A DNA stretch of 64,000 bases from a virus (IMGVR_UViG_3300037991_002562:1-64000); one strand, 5' to 3'; shown: positions 26,797-37,452, counted from the stretch's first letter. A program made the numbers and translations. The notes: generated from the letters alone by a model not told the origin.

Positions 26797-27564
26797 TTAT
26801 ACCTCTACAAAGTTTGAAGGGTTATAACCTTCTGTCTCATAATTAAACTTGTCAGATACATAACCTCTAGGATTAGAGTACAATAGTGTGTCGCCTACAG
26901 TTTCTTTAACATACTTATGCGTATGTCCAAATATCCACATAAGCGGCTTTTTGTCTAAAATAAACTGAGTTAAGTCTGTATAATAAGCATGACTTAAATC
27001 TTCGTTTTTGTATCTGGTCTTGTCTATCCCCATTTCGTGAGGGGAGTGGTGAGTTACTACTACTGTAGGCTTAGAGTAATCTATAGACTCTAAGAAAAGC
27101 ATAGCTGAGTAATGCATGCTCGTCCAGTCTAGGATATCTAGTTTACGATACTTAGCTCCTGCTCTTATCTGATAAAAATCGTTCATTTTAAATTTAGCTA
27201 CTATTTTAGCTACTGGATCTCCACTATTTAAACTAGTCCACAGAGTAGTACCAACAAACTGTATTCCATCTAGTTCTACTACGTCTTCGTCTAATAGAAA
27301 TACGTTGTCTAGCTCTAGTTCTTTGATCTTGTTTCTGATCTTATTCGGAAGAGTGTCTATGTTGTGCCTGTAGTATTCATGGTTTCCTAGTACATATATT
27401 ACGTACTTAAACATAGAAGCCCACTTAGGTATGTACTCTTCTCTAAAAGCTTTAGTACCTACGAAAATATCGCCTGCTAATACTAGCACGGCGTCTTTAT
27501 CACCCTCTATATTATCAGGGTAGCTGAACTCACAGTGAAGATCGCTTAATGCTACAATTTTCAT
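26797..27564 (-). CDS. Metallophosphoesterase
   Basis: SDLH, AGD, GNHE, THHSP, FGHTH, NPRGY; promoter at 27594-27622. Confidence 0.9.
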   Translation of the reverse strand: MKIVALSDLHCEFSYPDNIEGDKDAVLVLAGDIFVGTKAFREEYIPKWASMFKYVIYVLGNHEYYRHNIDTLPNKIRNKIKELELDNVFLLDEDVVELDGIQFVGTTLWTSLNSGDPVAKIVAKFKMNDFYQIRAGAKYRKLDILDWTSMHYSAMLFLESIDYSKPTVVVTHHSPHEMGIDKTRYKNEDLSHAYYTDLTQFILDKKPLMWIFGHTHKYVKETVGDTLLYSNPRGYVSDKFNYETEGYNPSNFVEV

Positions 27565-27633
27565 AATTATTTCCTCATTTATTTAATACAAGTATTATAC
27601 TTTGAAATTAGTAAATTAGCAAATGATTTATAA

Positions 27634-27661
27634 TAAAAAAGAGAGCCGAAGCTCTCTTTTT
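27634..27661. terminator. Bidirectional intrinsic terminator
   Basis: AAAAAGAGAGC-CGAA-GCTCTCTTTTT. Confidence 0.85.
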
Positions 27662-30419
27662 ATGTAGATACTGTCAAAGTAACAAGTACCCTATCCGACC
27701 TAGAAGGTGTTTCGTAGTCGAATCTTATAACATGTTTTCCTACAGTTTCTGAAGTTAAGTAAACCTGTATTATGTTTTCCTGTCTAGAGTGATATATTAT
27801 ATCCACCTCATCAGGATTAACTATAGTATAGCTTACTATATTTTCAGGGGAGATCCAAGCAGGATCTATAGTTAGTGTGAAACTATCTACTTCTCCTTGC
27901 CTTATTTTACCTCTCCATGTTCCGTCTCCAGACACCGTGGAGTAGTCTCTTGTAGCGTTTATAAAGAAAGGTCTTTGAGCGGCTACTTGTAGTTTAACTA
28001 TCTTGCTACTAGTAAGGCCTGCTGAGTCTGTAACTACAAGCTCAAAAGCCATAGTTTCAGCTTCTTGTATATCCGGTATTACTACTTTAGCTACAGCTTT
28101 ACTAGCGTCTTGGATAATCACAGGCGTACCAAGTAACTGGCTCCAAGAGTAGCTGACTATACTAACCGATCCTTGTTCCGAATTAGAACCATCTAATGTA
28201 ACTTCATCATTACTTGAAACTATCTTATTAAGTCCAGCGTCTGCTACAGGAGGAATACCTGGAGGTAGTGCTGCTGCCTCAACAAACACAGATACTGTAG
28301 ATACTTCGGAATTAAGACCTAAATTATCTGTTACAACTAGTGTGAACTCAAGATTTTGTGGGGTAGTTGGGGCATCAAATGTAGGTGTTGCCGTTGCGGC
28401 ACCTGTTAGTGTAACCACATCACCTACCGACTGTGACCACGCATAGCTAACAATCGTTCCGTCGCCATCAGTTGATCCAGTACCGTCTAGTGTTACCGTT
28501 GCACCTGCTTCCACTGTTTGATCTGCCCCAGCGTTTGCTGTTGGCGGCTGATTCACTAAAACCTCCTCATTTATTGTAAACTCTACCTCATCACTGGTGC
28601 TGCCATCGGCATTTGTCGCTGTAAGGCGTAAAATATAAGTGCCAGGCTCATTAAAAAGTACACTTGGATTAAGTGCTGATACATTTGAAAATGTTGGGTT
28701 TTGACCACTTATACAAGACCAAAGCAGCGAGTCAAAGTTACTAGCTGTTGCCGTAGATAGTGCCACAGTGTCACCAACATTAGCCGTTGAGTTTTGGCCT
28801 GCATCAACAATGGGTAAAGTTGGTTGCGACACGCTCCACTGATTGAACGTATCCCATTCGTTGAAACTCATGTTTGAACCCTCTTTTCTTGTTGTAGCTG
28901 ACACATCGTAAGTGTTAAATAGCGGATAGAGGCTATAAGCGCTGTACTGGTACTCATTCCTATACGATAAGAACAACTCTCCAGTAGATTGTTTAAAGTC
29001 TCCGCATTGTGGAACTGCATGAATTTTATCTCCTGTCGTAAATGGTAGAGGCTGCTTGAACAATTGCTGTTTATACGGCTGAACCTGATATCCTAACAAC
29101 TCACCATCTTTCACTTTCTGTAAGTCAAGTGTATCAAATAATAAAACGGAAAGGTATTTATCATCGTATATTGCCGCACTGCCGCCTCCGCTAGGTGGCG
29201 TTAATGTGTAATCGCCCAATTCCTCATCATATATCCATGACTGCGCCTTATAAATTAAACCCTTCTGTACTGGCTGAATTTGCCCGTTTTCGTCTAACTC
29301 TGGTACAGGCTTTCCATTCTCATCCAGTACAGCAGTGGTTATTCCTGCGTTGTATTCTTTTTGATACTCGTAAGGCTGAGTGGGTGCGTCAGTGTAATAT
29401 GGCTGCCTAGTTGTACCTAATGTATTGGTAAGTACGGCTAGTGTTCTTGTGTTTGGAACAATAAACTGAGTGATAACCCTTGATTGGTCATTCCACCACT
29501 CGTTTTTAGATATTTCGCCAGATAACAATTCAATAGCCGTATTCGTCCCTAACACATCGGAAAGAAATGAATTTGCGCTATTTATATGCGCTATTTCAGT
29601 TGGAGTGAAAACACTTCTATTGTAAAACGCTTGCGGCGTTCCGTCTGCCCCTATTGACTCGTTCGGGAAGTACATTACAGGCTCAGAACCAAATGTTACT
29701 ACATCATCAGGGTCGCTAGTTGTAACAAGTTCGCCCGTTGAAAATGCTAACAAGCTTGGGCCTGCGCTCCAGTTGGTTGTTATTGATGATTGGTTTGCGC
29801 CTGAGAATATTTCGCCCCCAAAAAACGACTGCCAATCGGTAGGCACGTTTGACATATTGCCAAGCATCTTCCCGATATCTCTCATAGAGAAATCATCTTC
29901 AACCGTTGTTGATGGGTCTTGTGCCGTAGCTGCCGCATTCAGATTATTGGAGTCGAAAACAAAGGTAGTCTGAGGTCTTAGTCCGTTAGCTGCGTAATAA
30001 TTGTTATTATTAACAATTAACTTCCCGTTTTTCTCATGCAAACCAAGAATGATGAAATATATGTTGCTTATATCAGGGTCTGCATATTCAAACGTTCTTA
30101 CAACTGGGTCTTGCCCTGCGCCTTCTGACAGGCCCAGCATATCAAGACCGATGTCAGTGCGGTTTAGAGTTGTCGGTATGCTTGCGAAATCTTCCGGCAC
30201 GATATATGAATTAGGTAAGTCGTACTTAGCTGCTCTAAACAACTTGTACGGCTCACCTTGATCTGAGTTTTGTGCGTACCTGACAGTATAAATACTATTA
30301 CCGTCTTCTGATAATGTGAAGTCACCCTTACCCTGGCGCATATCACTATCAACGATAGTGAAAGCGCCTTTATGTTTTAAGGTTATCGATTCCGCTAGGG
30401 GTAGCGTTGTGGTAGGCAT
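27660..30419 (-). CDS. 919-aa protein with three PKD/Ig-like repeats (putative virion appendage or adhesin)
   Basis: VDAGQN, PTANAGADQTV..VTLDGTGSTDGDGTIVSYAWSQ and PVADAG repeats. Confidence 0.8.
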   Translation of the reverse strand: MPTTTLPLAESITLKHKGAFTIVDSDMRQGKGDFTLSEDGNSIYTVRYAQNSDQGEPYKLFRAAKYDLPNSYIVPEDFASIPTTLNRTDIGLDMLGLSEGAGQDPVVRTFEYADPDISNIYFIILGLHEKNGKLIVNNNNYYAANGLRPQTTFVFDSNNLNAAATAQDPSTTVEDDFSMRDIGKMLGNMSNVPTDWQSFFGGEIFSGANQSSITTNWSAGPSLLAFSTGELVTTSDPDDVVTFGSEPVMYFPNESIGADGTPQAFYNRSVFTPTEIAHINSANSFLSDVLGTNTAIELLSGEISKNEWWNDQSRVITQFIVPNTRTLAVLTNTLGTTRQPYYTDAPTQPYEYQKEYNAGITTAVLDENGKPVPELDENGQIQPVQKGLIYKAQSWIYDEELGDYTLTPPSGGGSAAIYDDKYLSVLLFDTLDLQKVKDGELLGYQVQPYKQQLFKQPLPFTTGDKIHAVPQCGDFKQSTGELFLSYRNEYQYSAYSLYPLFNTYDVSATTRKEGSNMSFNEWDTFNQWSVSQPTLPIVDAGQNSTANVGDTVALSTATASNFDSLLWSCISGQNPTFSNVSALNPSVLFNEPGTYILRLTATNADGSTSDEVEFTINEEVLVNQPPTANAGADQTVEAGATVTLDGTGSTDGDGTIVSYAWSQSVGDVVTLTGAATATPTFDAPTTPQNLEFTLVVTDNLGLNSEVSTVSVFVEAAALPPGIPPVADAGLNKIVSSNDEVTLDGSNSEQGSVSIVSYSWSQLLGTPVIIQDASKAVAKVVIPDIQEAETMAFELVVTDSAGLTSSKIVKLQVAAQRPFFINATRDYSTVSGDGTWRGKIRQGEVDSFTLTIDPAWISPENIVSYTIVNPDEVDIIYHSRQENIIQVYLTSETVGKHVIRFDYETPSRSDRVLVTLTVST

Positions 30420-32509
30420 TATGTTGTTACTCCTTTAACTCCGCAACCCTCACTTGATACTGTGTTACCGCTATCAACGTAACCGCGCAGGAATGTACCA
30501 GCCGATACCGATAAACCTGTTATAGTCGCAGAGCCACCTGAGTAGGTAACATTTCCGCTAAACACTTCATTGTCGTCAACATCCATCAGATATGTCTTAT
30601 AAGTCCCTTCTGGTGCGCCGATATCGAGCGTTATACTTACAGTAACAGGAGGCGTACCTTCTGTAACTAAAGACTCAATCGTAACAGGCTCAACCATAAC
30701 AGCCTGCGAGCCGTGGGTTTCATCACCTGTCGGGAATGTAGTTTCATCGAAATCTTGACCTTGATGGCTTCTAAGCTTGACAGTGCCGCTAGGAATTGAT
30801 GCAAAAGTTAATACAATCTTGTCAGGTGCAACGTATGAAACACTTGTAGGATTTGATACGGTTGAGAAATCATCATTAGTTAATTGATACAAGCTTGCAG
30901 CAAGCGCCGGAACTGTTAGACCTGTGCTACCATTCAAGTTATGAGTGACAGTTACATCATTACCACTATACGTGGCCGATATTGGGATAGGGCCGCGACC
31001 ACTGTTGCCTGAACCGTTAAATGCCGCTAAAAACGAATCTGAGAATCTAAGCGCTTCGGCCACATAACCTTGACTTGTTCTGTGCAGCCCGTCAGACATA
31101 GGCAAATCCATAGATTGATGCGAGATATACACATCAGCCGTAGCGTTGGCGTAATTTGTCTGTGCGTTACGTATTCCTTGCCAGCCTGAGTCATTACCAG
31201 TGCCGCCAACGTTACGCCCTAACTGAACAATAAATAACGGTAGCGTATCGGAAGTTTGACCTGTGCGCGACAGGATGTCAGAGCGCAACTCACCAAGGCG
31301 CGTTTCGTAAGTCGCTTGCGCACTACCTACGTTTGACTCACCTTGCCCCCACCATAGCGCGTTAAGCTTCCCGCCTACCGCTGTTAATACTGCTTGTCGG
31401 TTTGCGTAGTTATCGCCGCCGGGTAAATGTTGTTCAATAGTGGTTGAACCTACTGCGGTTTCGTATGCAGCCACAACACAACCAAGAGACTGAGATATAG
31501 CGTTAAGCCCTGCGTAAATACAGCCCCTATCTGTTGGCTGCTGATATTCTGAGCCGTTAAATTTAACAACGTTATCAAGCGGTGTATCGTTAAACGTGCT
31601 GTTCCAAAGCATGTCAGTGTTACTCTGCCCCGCGAACTCGATAACCAATCCGAACCCGATTCTTGATGAAGATGCTTGTATTGATGTTGAGTTAGCATAG
31701 CGAACAAGTATTCTGTAATAAGGGCCACGCGGTATATCAACATCACCAGAAAATGCGCCGGCCGATGGCGCTGCATCCAATGTAGTCCAATCTGTTACAA
31801 CTGCACCACTAACAAATTCTTCAACGCGATATTCGATAGCTGTTGGCGTAGTTACACCCTCGTAAGTTCCGCTGATTGTGTAGTTATAAGTAGGCCCGAA
31901 TGTTGCGTAAACTTTTCTATTTGTCTCTGGTGCTAATTGAATTAAATCACTAGCTGTTGTACCAAGGTCCAAGTCATCAATAAAAGGATTTGATGTTTTA
32001 CCGTACATACCCGCGTTAATGCTTGTGCCACTTGAAACACCTGATATATCGACGGGAGTTCCTGCGCTCACACCGTTAACAAATACCTCAAGCGTGTTCG
32101 CATCACCATCAACTTCAAGCCTTACAATGTCGTCTACTGCCACGCCAACAGGGTAAGTTGTAAGTATGGATTTACTCCCGTTATTACTAGCAAGTACGCT
32201 TATGCTTGTGGCGGACGGAAGACGTATTGAAATCCAGTCCAAGCGTGAATCTGTGCGAACAGCAGGTCCACCATCCCTATTCGTTCCTGCAAACTGGTAC
32301 TTCATCCTAACTTCTGAATACATGGACGTTGAGCCAGCATTGTAGCTCATCACCGTGTTGTCAGTGGCATCTATGACAAGTTGCTCACCTGTTATCCTTG
32401 CAGCGTTTACATTAGCAGGGAATTGACCATAAACAGTCCATCCAGCAACGTCTTTTAATAACGTGCCATCTGGATATTCTGAAAAGTCTGTTTGAAATAC
32501 CGATGCCAT
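30419..32509 (-). CDS. SGNH sialate/carbohydrate O-acetylesterase (SASA) domain protein with beta-rich N-terminus
   Basis: AGQSN, WGQGESN, DGLH catalytic motifs. Confidence 0.85.
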   Translation of the reverse strand: MASVFQTDFSEYPDGTLLKDVAGWTVYGQFPANVNAARITGEQLVIDATDNTVMSYNAGSTSMYSEVRMKYQFAGTNRDGGPAVRTDSRLDWISIRLPSATSISVLASNNGSKSILTTYPVGVAVDDIVRLEVDGDANTLEVFVNGVSAGTPVDISGVSSGTSINAGMYGKTSNPFIDDLDLGTTASDLIQLAPETNRKVYATFGPTYNYTISGTYEGVTTPTAIEYRVEEFVSGAVVTDWTTLDAAPSAGAFSGDVDIPRGPYYRILVRYANSTSIQASSSRIGFGLVIEFAGQSNTDMLWNSTFNDTPLDNVVKFNGSEYQQPTDRGCIYAGLNAISQSLGCVVAAYETAVGSTTIEQHLPGGDNYANRQAVLTAVGGKLNALWWGQGESNVGSAQATYETRLGELRSDILSRTGQTSDTLPLFIVQLGRNVGGTGNDSGWQGIRNAQTNYANATADVYISHQSMDLPMSDGLHRTSQGYVAEALRFSDSFLAAFNGSGNSGRGPIPISATYSGNDVTVTHNLNGSTGLTVPALAASLYQLTNDDFSTVSNPTSVSYVAPDKIVLTFASIPSGTVKLRSHQGQDFDETTFPTGDETHGSQAVMVEPVTIESLVTEGTPPVTVSITLDIGAPEGTYKTYLMDVDDNEVFSGNVTYSGGSATITGLSVSAGTFLRGYVDSGNTVSSEGCGVKGVTT

Positions 32510-32576
32510 TACAAATCACCTATAAAATTAATGACCTTCGTATACGCTATATACTTATTGTTTAAAAATTTTTTCA

Positions 32577-33281
32577 TTAGTTAACTATTCCTATATATTC
32601 CACGCTAGTAAGGCTTCCGGCCCATGGCCCTTTTATTTCAACCTTAAACTGCTGGACTAGCCTATCAAAAGGCAATGTAATGTCGAAGAATATATCCTCG
32701 TTTTTTACTAGAGGTATATTAATCATTCTTGTATTTTGTGGTATAGGTAAAAATTCGTCACTGTTTCCTAGTCTGCCAGATATTTTGTAAGTACAATCGT
32801 ATTCTGTAGTAACTGCAGGACTTACTTTTATCCTAATAGTAGTAGTTTCTCTTCTATTGTTAATAATAGAGTCTGATACTAGCTTCCAAGTGTCAGGGTG
32901 TAATATGCCCATAATATCCTCTAGTTTAACGTTGTAATATGGTGTCGAAGTCGGATTAGCTTCGGATATTAAGTCCTCTTTTAAAGCTGAAGTAGCAATT
33001 CCTGCTTCTATTAACAAGTCTAGATAAAATATATTCATAAGCCCCTTGCTCTGTGATAGTATAAAATTAAACTCACCTAAGCTAAATATTGTTCGCATAG
33101 TGGCTATACATAGCGGGTTATCGGAGTTTAGAAATATACTATATAAATTATGTTTTACCAAGTACATAGTAATTACTTCAGAAGACAGTAACTTTCCCTG
33201 AACCTCTTCATGATTCTTTACCTGTTCTAATATTTCTTCATCAGTACCGCTGTACTGGTTTACTACGGTCAGTAGGTTCAT
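32577..33281 (-). CDS. Hypothetical protein
   Basis: 234-aa ORF with AGGAG RBS. Confidence 0.7.
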   Translation of the reverse strand: MNLLTVVNQYSGTDEEILEQVKNHEEVQGKLLSSEVITMYLVKHNLYSIFLNSDNPLCIATMRTIFSLGEFNFILSQSKGLMNIFYLDLLIEAGIATSALKEDLISEANPTSTPYYNVKLEDIMGILHPDTWKLVSDSIINNRRETTTIRIKVSPAVTTEYDCTYKISGRLGNSDEFLPIPQNTRMINIPLVKNEDIFFDITLPFDRLVQQFKVEIKGPWAGSLTSVEYIGIVN

Positions 33282-33353
33282 ATGTCTCTCCTAAATAAAA
33301 ATAATTATACACGCCTAAAAATAAATTGCAAGAGATTATTTTTTACACATAAC

Positions 33354-33380
33354 AAAAAACCCGCACTAAGGCGGGTTTTA
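33354..33380 (-). terminator. Intrinsic terminator after thyA
   Basis: AAAAAACCCGC-ACTAAG-GCGGGTTTT. Confidence 0.8.
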
Positions 33381-35285
33381 TTATACTGCCATTCTGGCTT
33401 CTATTTTGCCATGGCTTTTATAGTTTTCTAATTGTATGTCTTTGGGGTCTACACAATGGCAATAATTTAAGAACTTTTGCCACGGCGTACTCCCTACTGC
33501 TTTTGGTAGTTTTAATGTAGGTAATGGGTATGACTCATTTTGCAACACTTGACCGCACTGGTCTAGGTGGTTGTTGTATATATGAGTATCTCCACCAGTA
33601 AAAATAAGCTTACCAGGCTTAAGTCCTATACACTCAGCTATAATGTGTGTCAATAGAGCGTAAGACGCTATGTTGAACGGCAAGCCCAAGAAAACGTCGA
33701 TTGACATTATGTTCGCAAGAGGTCGTTAATCTCTTGCCGGTACTAAACCAGCTGCAAGTTACCTTGCAGATCAGACTATATCACAACCCCAAAGGGGCTC
33801 TATCCGTTTCGGTCTTACTTAAGACCTACTCTCTTTCGAGATAGTCGTTAGGCATTTATGTAGAAAAAATCTTCCCATTTTTTAGCGGCACTATTTACTC
33901 TGTAATGAGCAGCTCCTGAAGTTATACCGTACTCTCTAGCCATAGCAGCTAGAGAAGGGAACTCTCTGCCTTCAGCGGAGATCTTCCTAGCATTGCTAGG
34001 GATACGTCCCTTGGCTTTATCTGAGAGCTTTTTTCTTGTTTCTTCGGAGTGTTTTTTGCCGTAAAATGGGTTGCTCTCCCCTCTCCTCTCTCTGCAAGAT
34101 AAGCAGGTTTTATTTATGGGCGCTATTTCTTTTTGTTTACAAACAGGACATAACTTCCTACTAATACCACCTTTCCAGTTATGGTTCTTGGCTCCAGGCA
34201 TCCCCCACTTTTCTTTTCTTTCCTCAGCTGTCATATTTTCTATATTGTTGAGTACAGTGGATCGTATTTTCTGTATTATTTGCTCTCTGTTGGGGTGCTT
34301 GGTAAGATTATCACCACCCCCAACAGACCCTATGTTGTACTGCGGAGATAGAGAGTCTATCCAATACTTCTCTTTTTCAAATAGGTTACAACTTTCGGAT
34401 AGCTCTTCTAAAATTTCAAAATGAAAAGATGACTCCCCGTATTTGTTGTAAGCGCGTTGCAAATATACATTACAGTGTTTGTTGTTTCGTAAGTCCGATA
34501 AGTGTCTTAACATTCTAGCCCTAAAGCTAGAAGCGGATCCTACGTAAAATTTTTCTGTCTGTTCGTTTATTATAGCGTAAATTACTTTCATCAAATTCTG
34601 TACCTCTATTAAATAGTATACCTAGAATTTGAATGGAAGTCCATAAAATATTTTATTTCTACAACTTAGCACGGGATTGTCCTAACTTATTAGGAGTTTC
34701 CCCGTTTAGGATAGTTTTTCGGGTACAATTACTTGTACAAGGCGCTCAAAGTTAACGCTGATGCCACATTAATGATAGTCTTCCGTCCTTGGATACAAAA
34801 CACTGGAATGTGTGGTGGCAAGGTGGCAGAGCCATTTTATCTAGGTCGGATGGATTCCAAGCTGTGACTATATGTCGTCTATCGTAAGGGTCTTTTACTA
34901 ACCCTTCTATAAGCTTCTCCATCTGGTCTACACCATTAAAAGAACGCCACTGCTTACCGTATATAGGGCCTAAGTTACCGTTAGAGTATCCTAGTGCTTT
35001 TGCTTGCTTGTTGTAATTATCATCCCAGATAGTTTTCTTTATAGAAGTAGTAGAGCCGTGAGTTAGATATCTCAACTCGTTCACGTTAGTAGAGCCCCTC
35101 ATAAACCATATCAGTTCTGAACGTACTGCATTCCAAGCCAGGGCTTTCTCTGTTACAGCAGGAAAGCCTTCAGATAGGTCAAACTCCATTCGAGTACCGA
35201 ATACTCGTCTAGTGCCTACACCAGTTCGGTCTTCTACTCTATCACCTGTTAAAACTTGAGTAATTAAATCTTTATACTGTTTCAT
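33381..35285 (-). CDS. thyA: Thymidylate synthase, spliced (exon 1 34755-35285; exon 2 33381-33704)
   Basis: DRTGVGT, MALPPCH, WHQR joined to SIDVFLGLPFNIASY, GDTHIY. Confidence 0.95.
33705..34754 (-). mobile_element. Group I intron in thyA
   Basis: 5' splice site after U (CGT|TAAC); GACAATCCCGTGCTAA, AACGACTA and GATATAGTCT core elements; terminal G before TCA. Confidence 0.92.
33848..34594 (-). CDS. Intron-encoded GIY-YIG homing endonuclease (I-TevI-like)
   Basis: VIYAIIN...YVGSA..R..H, Cys zinc finger, NUMOD3 NPFYGKKHSEETRKKLS, HTH. Confidence 0.92.
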   Translation of the reverse strand: MMKVIYAIINEQTEKFYVGSASSFRARMLRHLSDLRNNKHCNVYLQRAYNKYGESSFHFEILEELSESCNLFEKEKYWIDSLSPQYNIGSVGGGDNLTKHPNREQIIQKIRSTVLNNIENMTAEERKEKWGMPGAKNHNWKGGISRKLCPVCKQKEIAPINKTCLSCRERRGESNPFYGKKHSEETRKKLSDKAKGRIPSNARKISAEGREFPSLAAMAREYGITSGAAHYRVNSAAKKWEDFFYINA

Positions 35286-35769
35286 TTGTTACCTTATATA
35301 GCGTGAAGTCTTCACAGTCATCTAAAACTTCTTTTTCTTGTTCGGCTATCCAACTTAAAACTGATTTGTCTAAATACACATCAGCATCTGGGAACTCCCC
35401 CTTAAACTCTGTGTAATATATTTCATCACAGCGTTTTAAGTTTTCTACTGTTAATAAGCTAGTACCGCCTATAATACTATATGTTGCATCTATGCCTTGT
35501 TCTATAGATAGTCTTAAATATTCTAGTACATCGTGCTTAGTATAGTCTATAGTTATCCACTCATCGCTATGAGTACTGGACACTATGATAGGCACTCTAT
35601 AGGGTAGTGGTAGGGGTATCGAGTTGGCTGTGTCTTTACCCATTACCGTAAATGTGTTGTGTGTTAACTTCTTAAAGTTAGCCATATCTCTGGAGTTTCT
35701 AGGCCACGGCATTGTACATCCCTTACCGAATTCGCCTTTCTTACCGCTTGCAAATACTGCTTTAATCAT
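35272..35769 (-). CDS. folA: Dihydrofolate reductase
   Basis: MPWP..DMANFKKLT, VMGKDT, PLPYR, IIGG. Confidence 0.9.
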   Translation of the reverse strand: MIKAVFASGKKGEFGKGCTMPWPRNSRDMANFKKLTHNTFTVMGKDTANSIPLPLPYRVPIIVSSTHSDEWITIDYTKHDVLEYLRLSIEQGIDATYSIIGGTSLLTVENLKRCDEIYYTEFKGEFPDADVYLDKSVLSWIAEQEKEVLDDCEDFTLYKVTNETV

Positions 35770-36114
35770 TGTATTCCTCTACGTGTAATAGTTTGTTCTG
35801 TCTTCTGGCAATGTCTATCATGTGTGCAGTGCCTGGGCTGAATAAGTTCCAAAAGGCTACTACTTTATCACACTCTTCTAACATTTCACAGTTTCGTATT
35901 AGTCCTGCCCTTCTCCAAACTTATCCCAGTTTGGTCTAATTGATAGTACATCTATATCTCGATAGATAGCCCACTTTTTACCTAACTTATCAGCACCTAT
36001 AGCTTCACCACAGATTACCTTAGTTACGGGAGTTTGTTTGTGTATACTATCCATCACGTCTTGCATGAGGAAGTAAGAGCGAAAGCTCCTACCTCCAACA
36101 ATTGCTACTTTCAA
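35762..36114 (-). pseudogene. DUF2493/SLOG-family gene with a 1-nt frameshift near 35910
   Basis: VAIVGGR, GEAIGADKLG, then in another frame AGLIRNCEM..VAFW..SPGTAHMI. Confidence 0.75.
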
Positions 36115-36123
36115 AGTCTCTCC

Positions 36124-37452
36124 TTAATATTGTGAGAATTGTTCTTTAAGTAGTGCTGAAATTTCGTCGTAATTTGAATTAGCCATATCTATAGAGTTAA
36201 GTAGGTAAGAAGAAAGTTGCATTTCTTGAGCCGCTACTTGTACTTTAGAAGAGTCTAAATATCTGCTCATATAAGGCAGTGGGTCTTCCTTAGGCGCTTC
36301 AAATTCAATATCTAGAGTATTAGCTACTTTAGCTGCGCGGAACTTAACGTAGTCAAATACTAAATTAGCATTAAGTCGTAGGATTTCTCTACCCTCAGAA
36401 AATAGATAGTTAGTCCATTGACGTTCTTGCTCTAGTATTTCGTTGAACACTTCTTCGATTTTAGGCTTAACTCGTTTATATGCTTCTGGGTTATTCTTGA
36501 ACTCAATACTAAGAATATGCATACCACCTTTAGCGTGTAGCATTTCGTCTCTAGCAATAAGAACTACTAACTGCGCAATACCTTGGAAGAATCCAAGTTC
36601 TGCAATGCCGAATGTGATAGCGAAGCTTGACATGAAGTTTACAGCTTCTAGCATGTATAATGCTGCCAGTGCTACATATAGCTTTTCGCGTCTTTCCTCC
36701 CTAGGAGCGTCGTGCGGTAAGTTACCTAAATCATCAAATACGTTACGTAGTACGTTTGAACGCTGAATAACTTCAAAGTTTTTATAACCTTCTCGTAGTG
36801 CGTCGTTAGGGTCTACGAACGTTTGCTTGATAATGTGTGAATATGTTCTAGCATGGATAGACTCGAACAATGCCACAGCATTGTACCAGTTCTCTAAGTC
36901 AGAGTTGGAAACGTTTTCTAGTAAAATACCTGTTATAGACCTAGAGGCTATAGAGTCAGCTAAGTGCTGCCACAGTATTGTTTTAACCATAGAGTCCACT
37001 ATAGGTTTAGGGGCGTTAAGCATGTCCTGTCTATCTTGTGTAATATCTACTTCAAACTCGTTCCATACCTGTGCCATTTGCTCTTGGAATAGCTTATCTA
37101 GGATAGGGTATGGTCGGTTAATAGTGTCAGCGAAACCTAGGTCGTCCCCAAGGAATAATGGGTATTCTGAGGTTTCGTGTCCTGTATTGTTTAAGTTAAA
37201 AACAGTCTTACGTTTAGGTGCTATGCCTAGATAGTTCTCTAGTTCTTGGTATCCACCTACGTGTACCTGCTGCTCTCTTTGGTCAACTATCTGAGGCACA
37301 GTATATGCCTCAGGGAAATAAGACCATAGCTCGTGTTTGTTGTTTACCACTACTGCAGTATACGTAAGTCCATGTCGATTTAGCAGTTCCTTGGCTTTAT
37401 CGCACCAAGGACAGTCTAATTTTGTTACAATAAAAAAGTCATTAGAATCCAT
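36124..37452 (-). CDS. nrdB: Ribonucleotide reductase beta subunit with N-terminal glutaredoxin
   Basis: CPWC..TVPQI..VGGY followed by ESIHARTYS, EAVNF, RDEMLH. Confidence 0.93.
   Translation of the reverse strand: MDSNDFFIVTKLDCPWCDKAKELLNRHGLTYTAVVVNNKHELWSYFPEAYTVPQIVDQREQQVHVGGYQELENYLGIAPKRKTVFNLNNTGHETSEYPLFLGDDLGFADTINRPYPILDKLFQEQMAQVWNEFEVDITQDRQDMLNAPKPIVDSMVKTILWQHLADSIASRSITGILLENVSNSDLENWYNAVALFESIHARTYSHIIKQTFVDPNDALREGYKNFEVIQRSNVLRNVFDDLGNLPHDAPREERREKLYVALAALYMLEAVNFMSSFAITFGIAELGFFQGIAQLVVLIARDEMLHAKGGMHILSIEFKNNPEAYKRVKPKIEEVFNEILEQERQWTNYLFSEGREILRLNANLVFDYVKFRAAKVANTLDIEFEAPKEDPLPYMSRYLDSSKVQVAAQEMQLSSYLLNSIDMANSNYDEISALLKEQFSQY

Noticed and set aside
33381-33707. ORF-track starts at 33707 and 57356 as independent genes
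   Set aside because: Each ATG is the intron 3' end (terminal G); the downstream sequence is exon 2.
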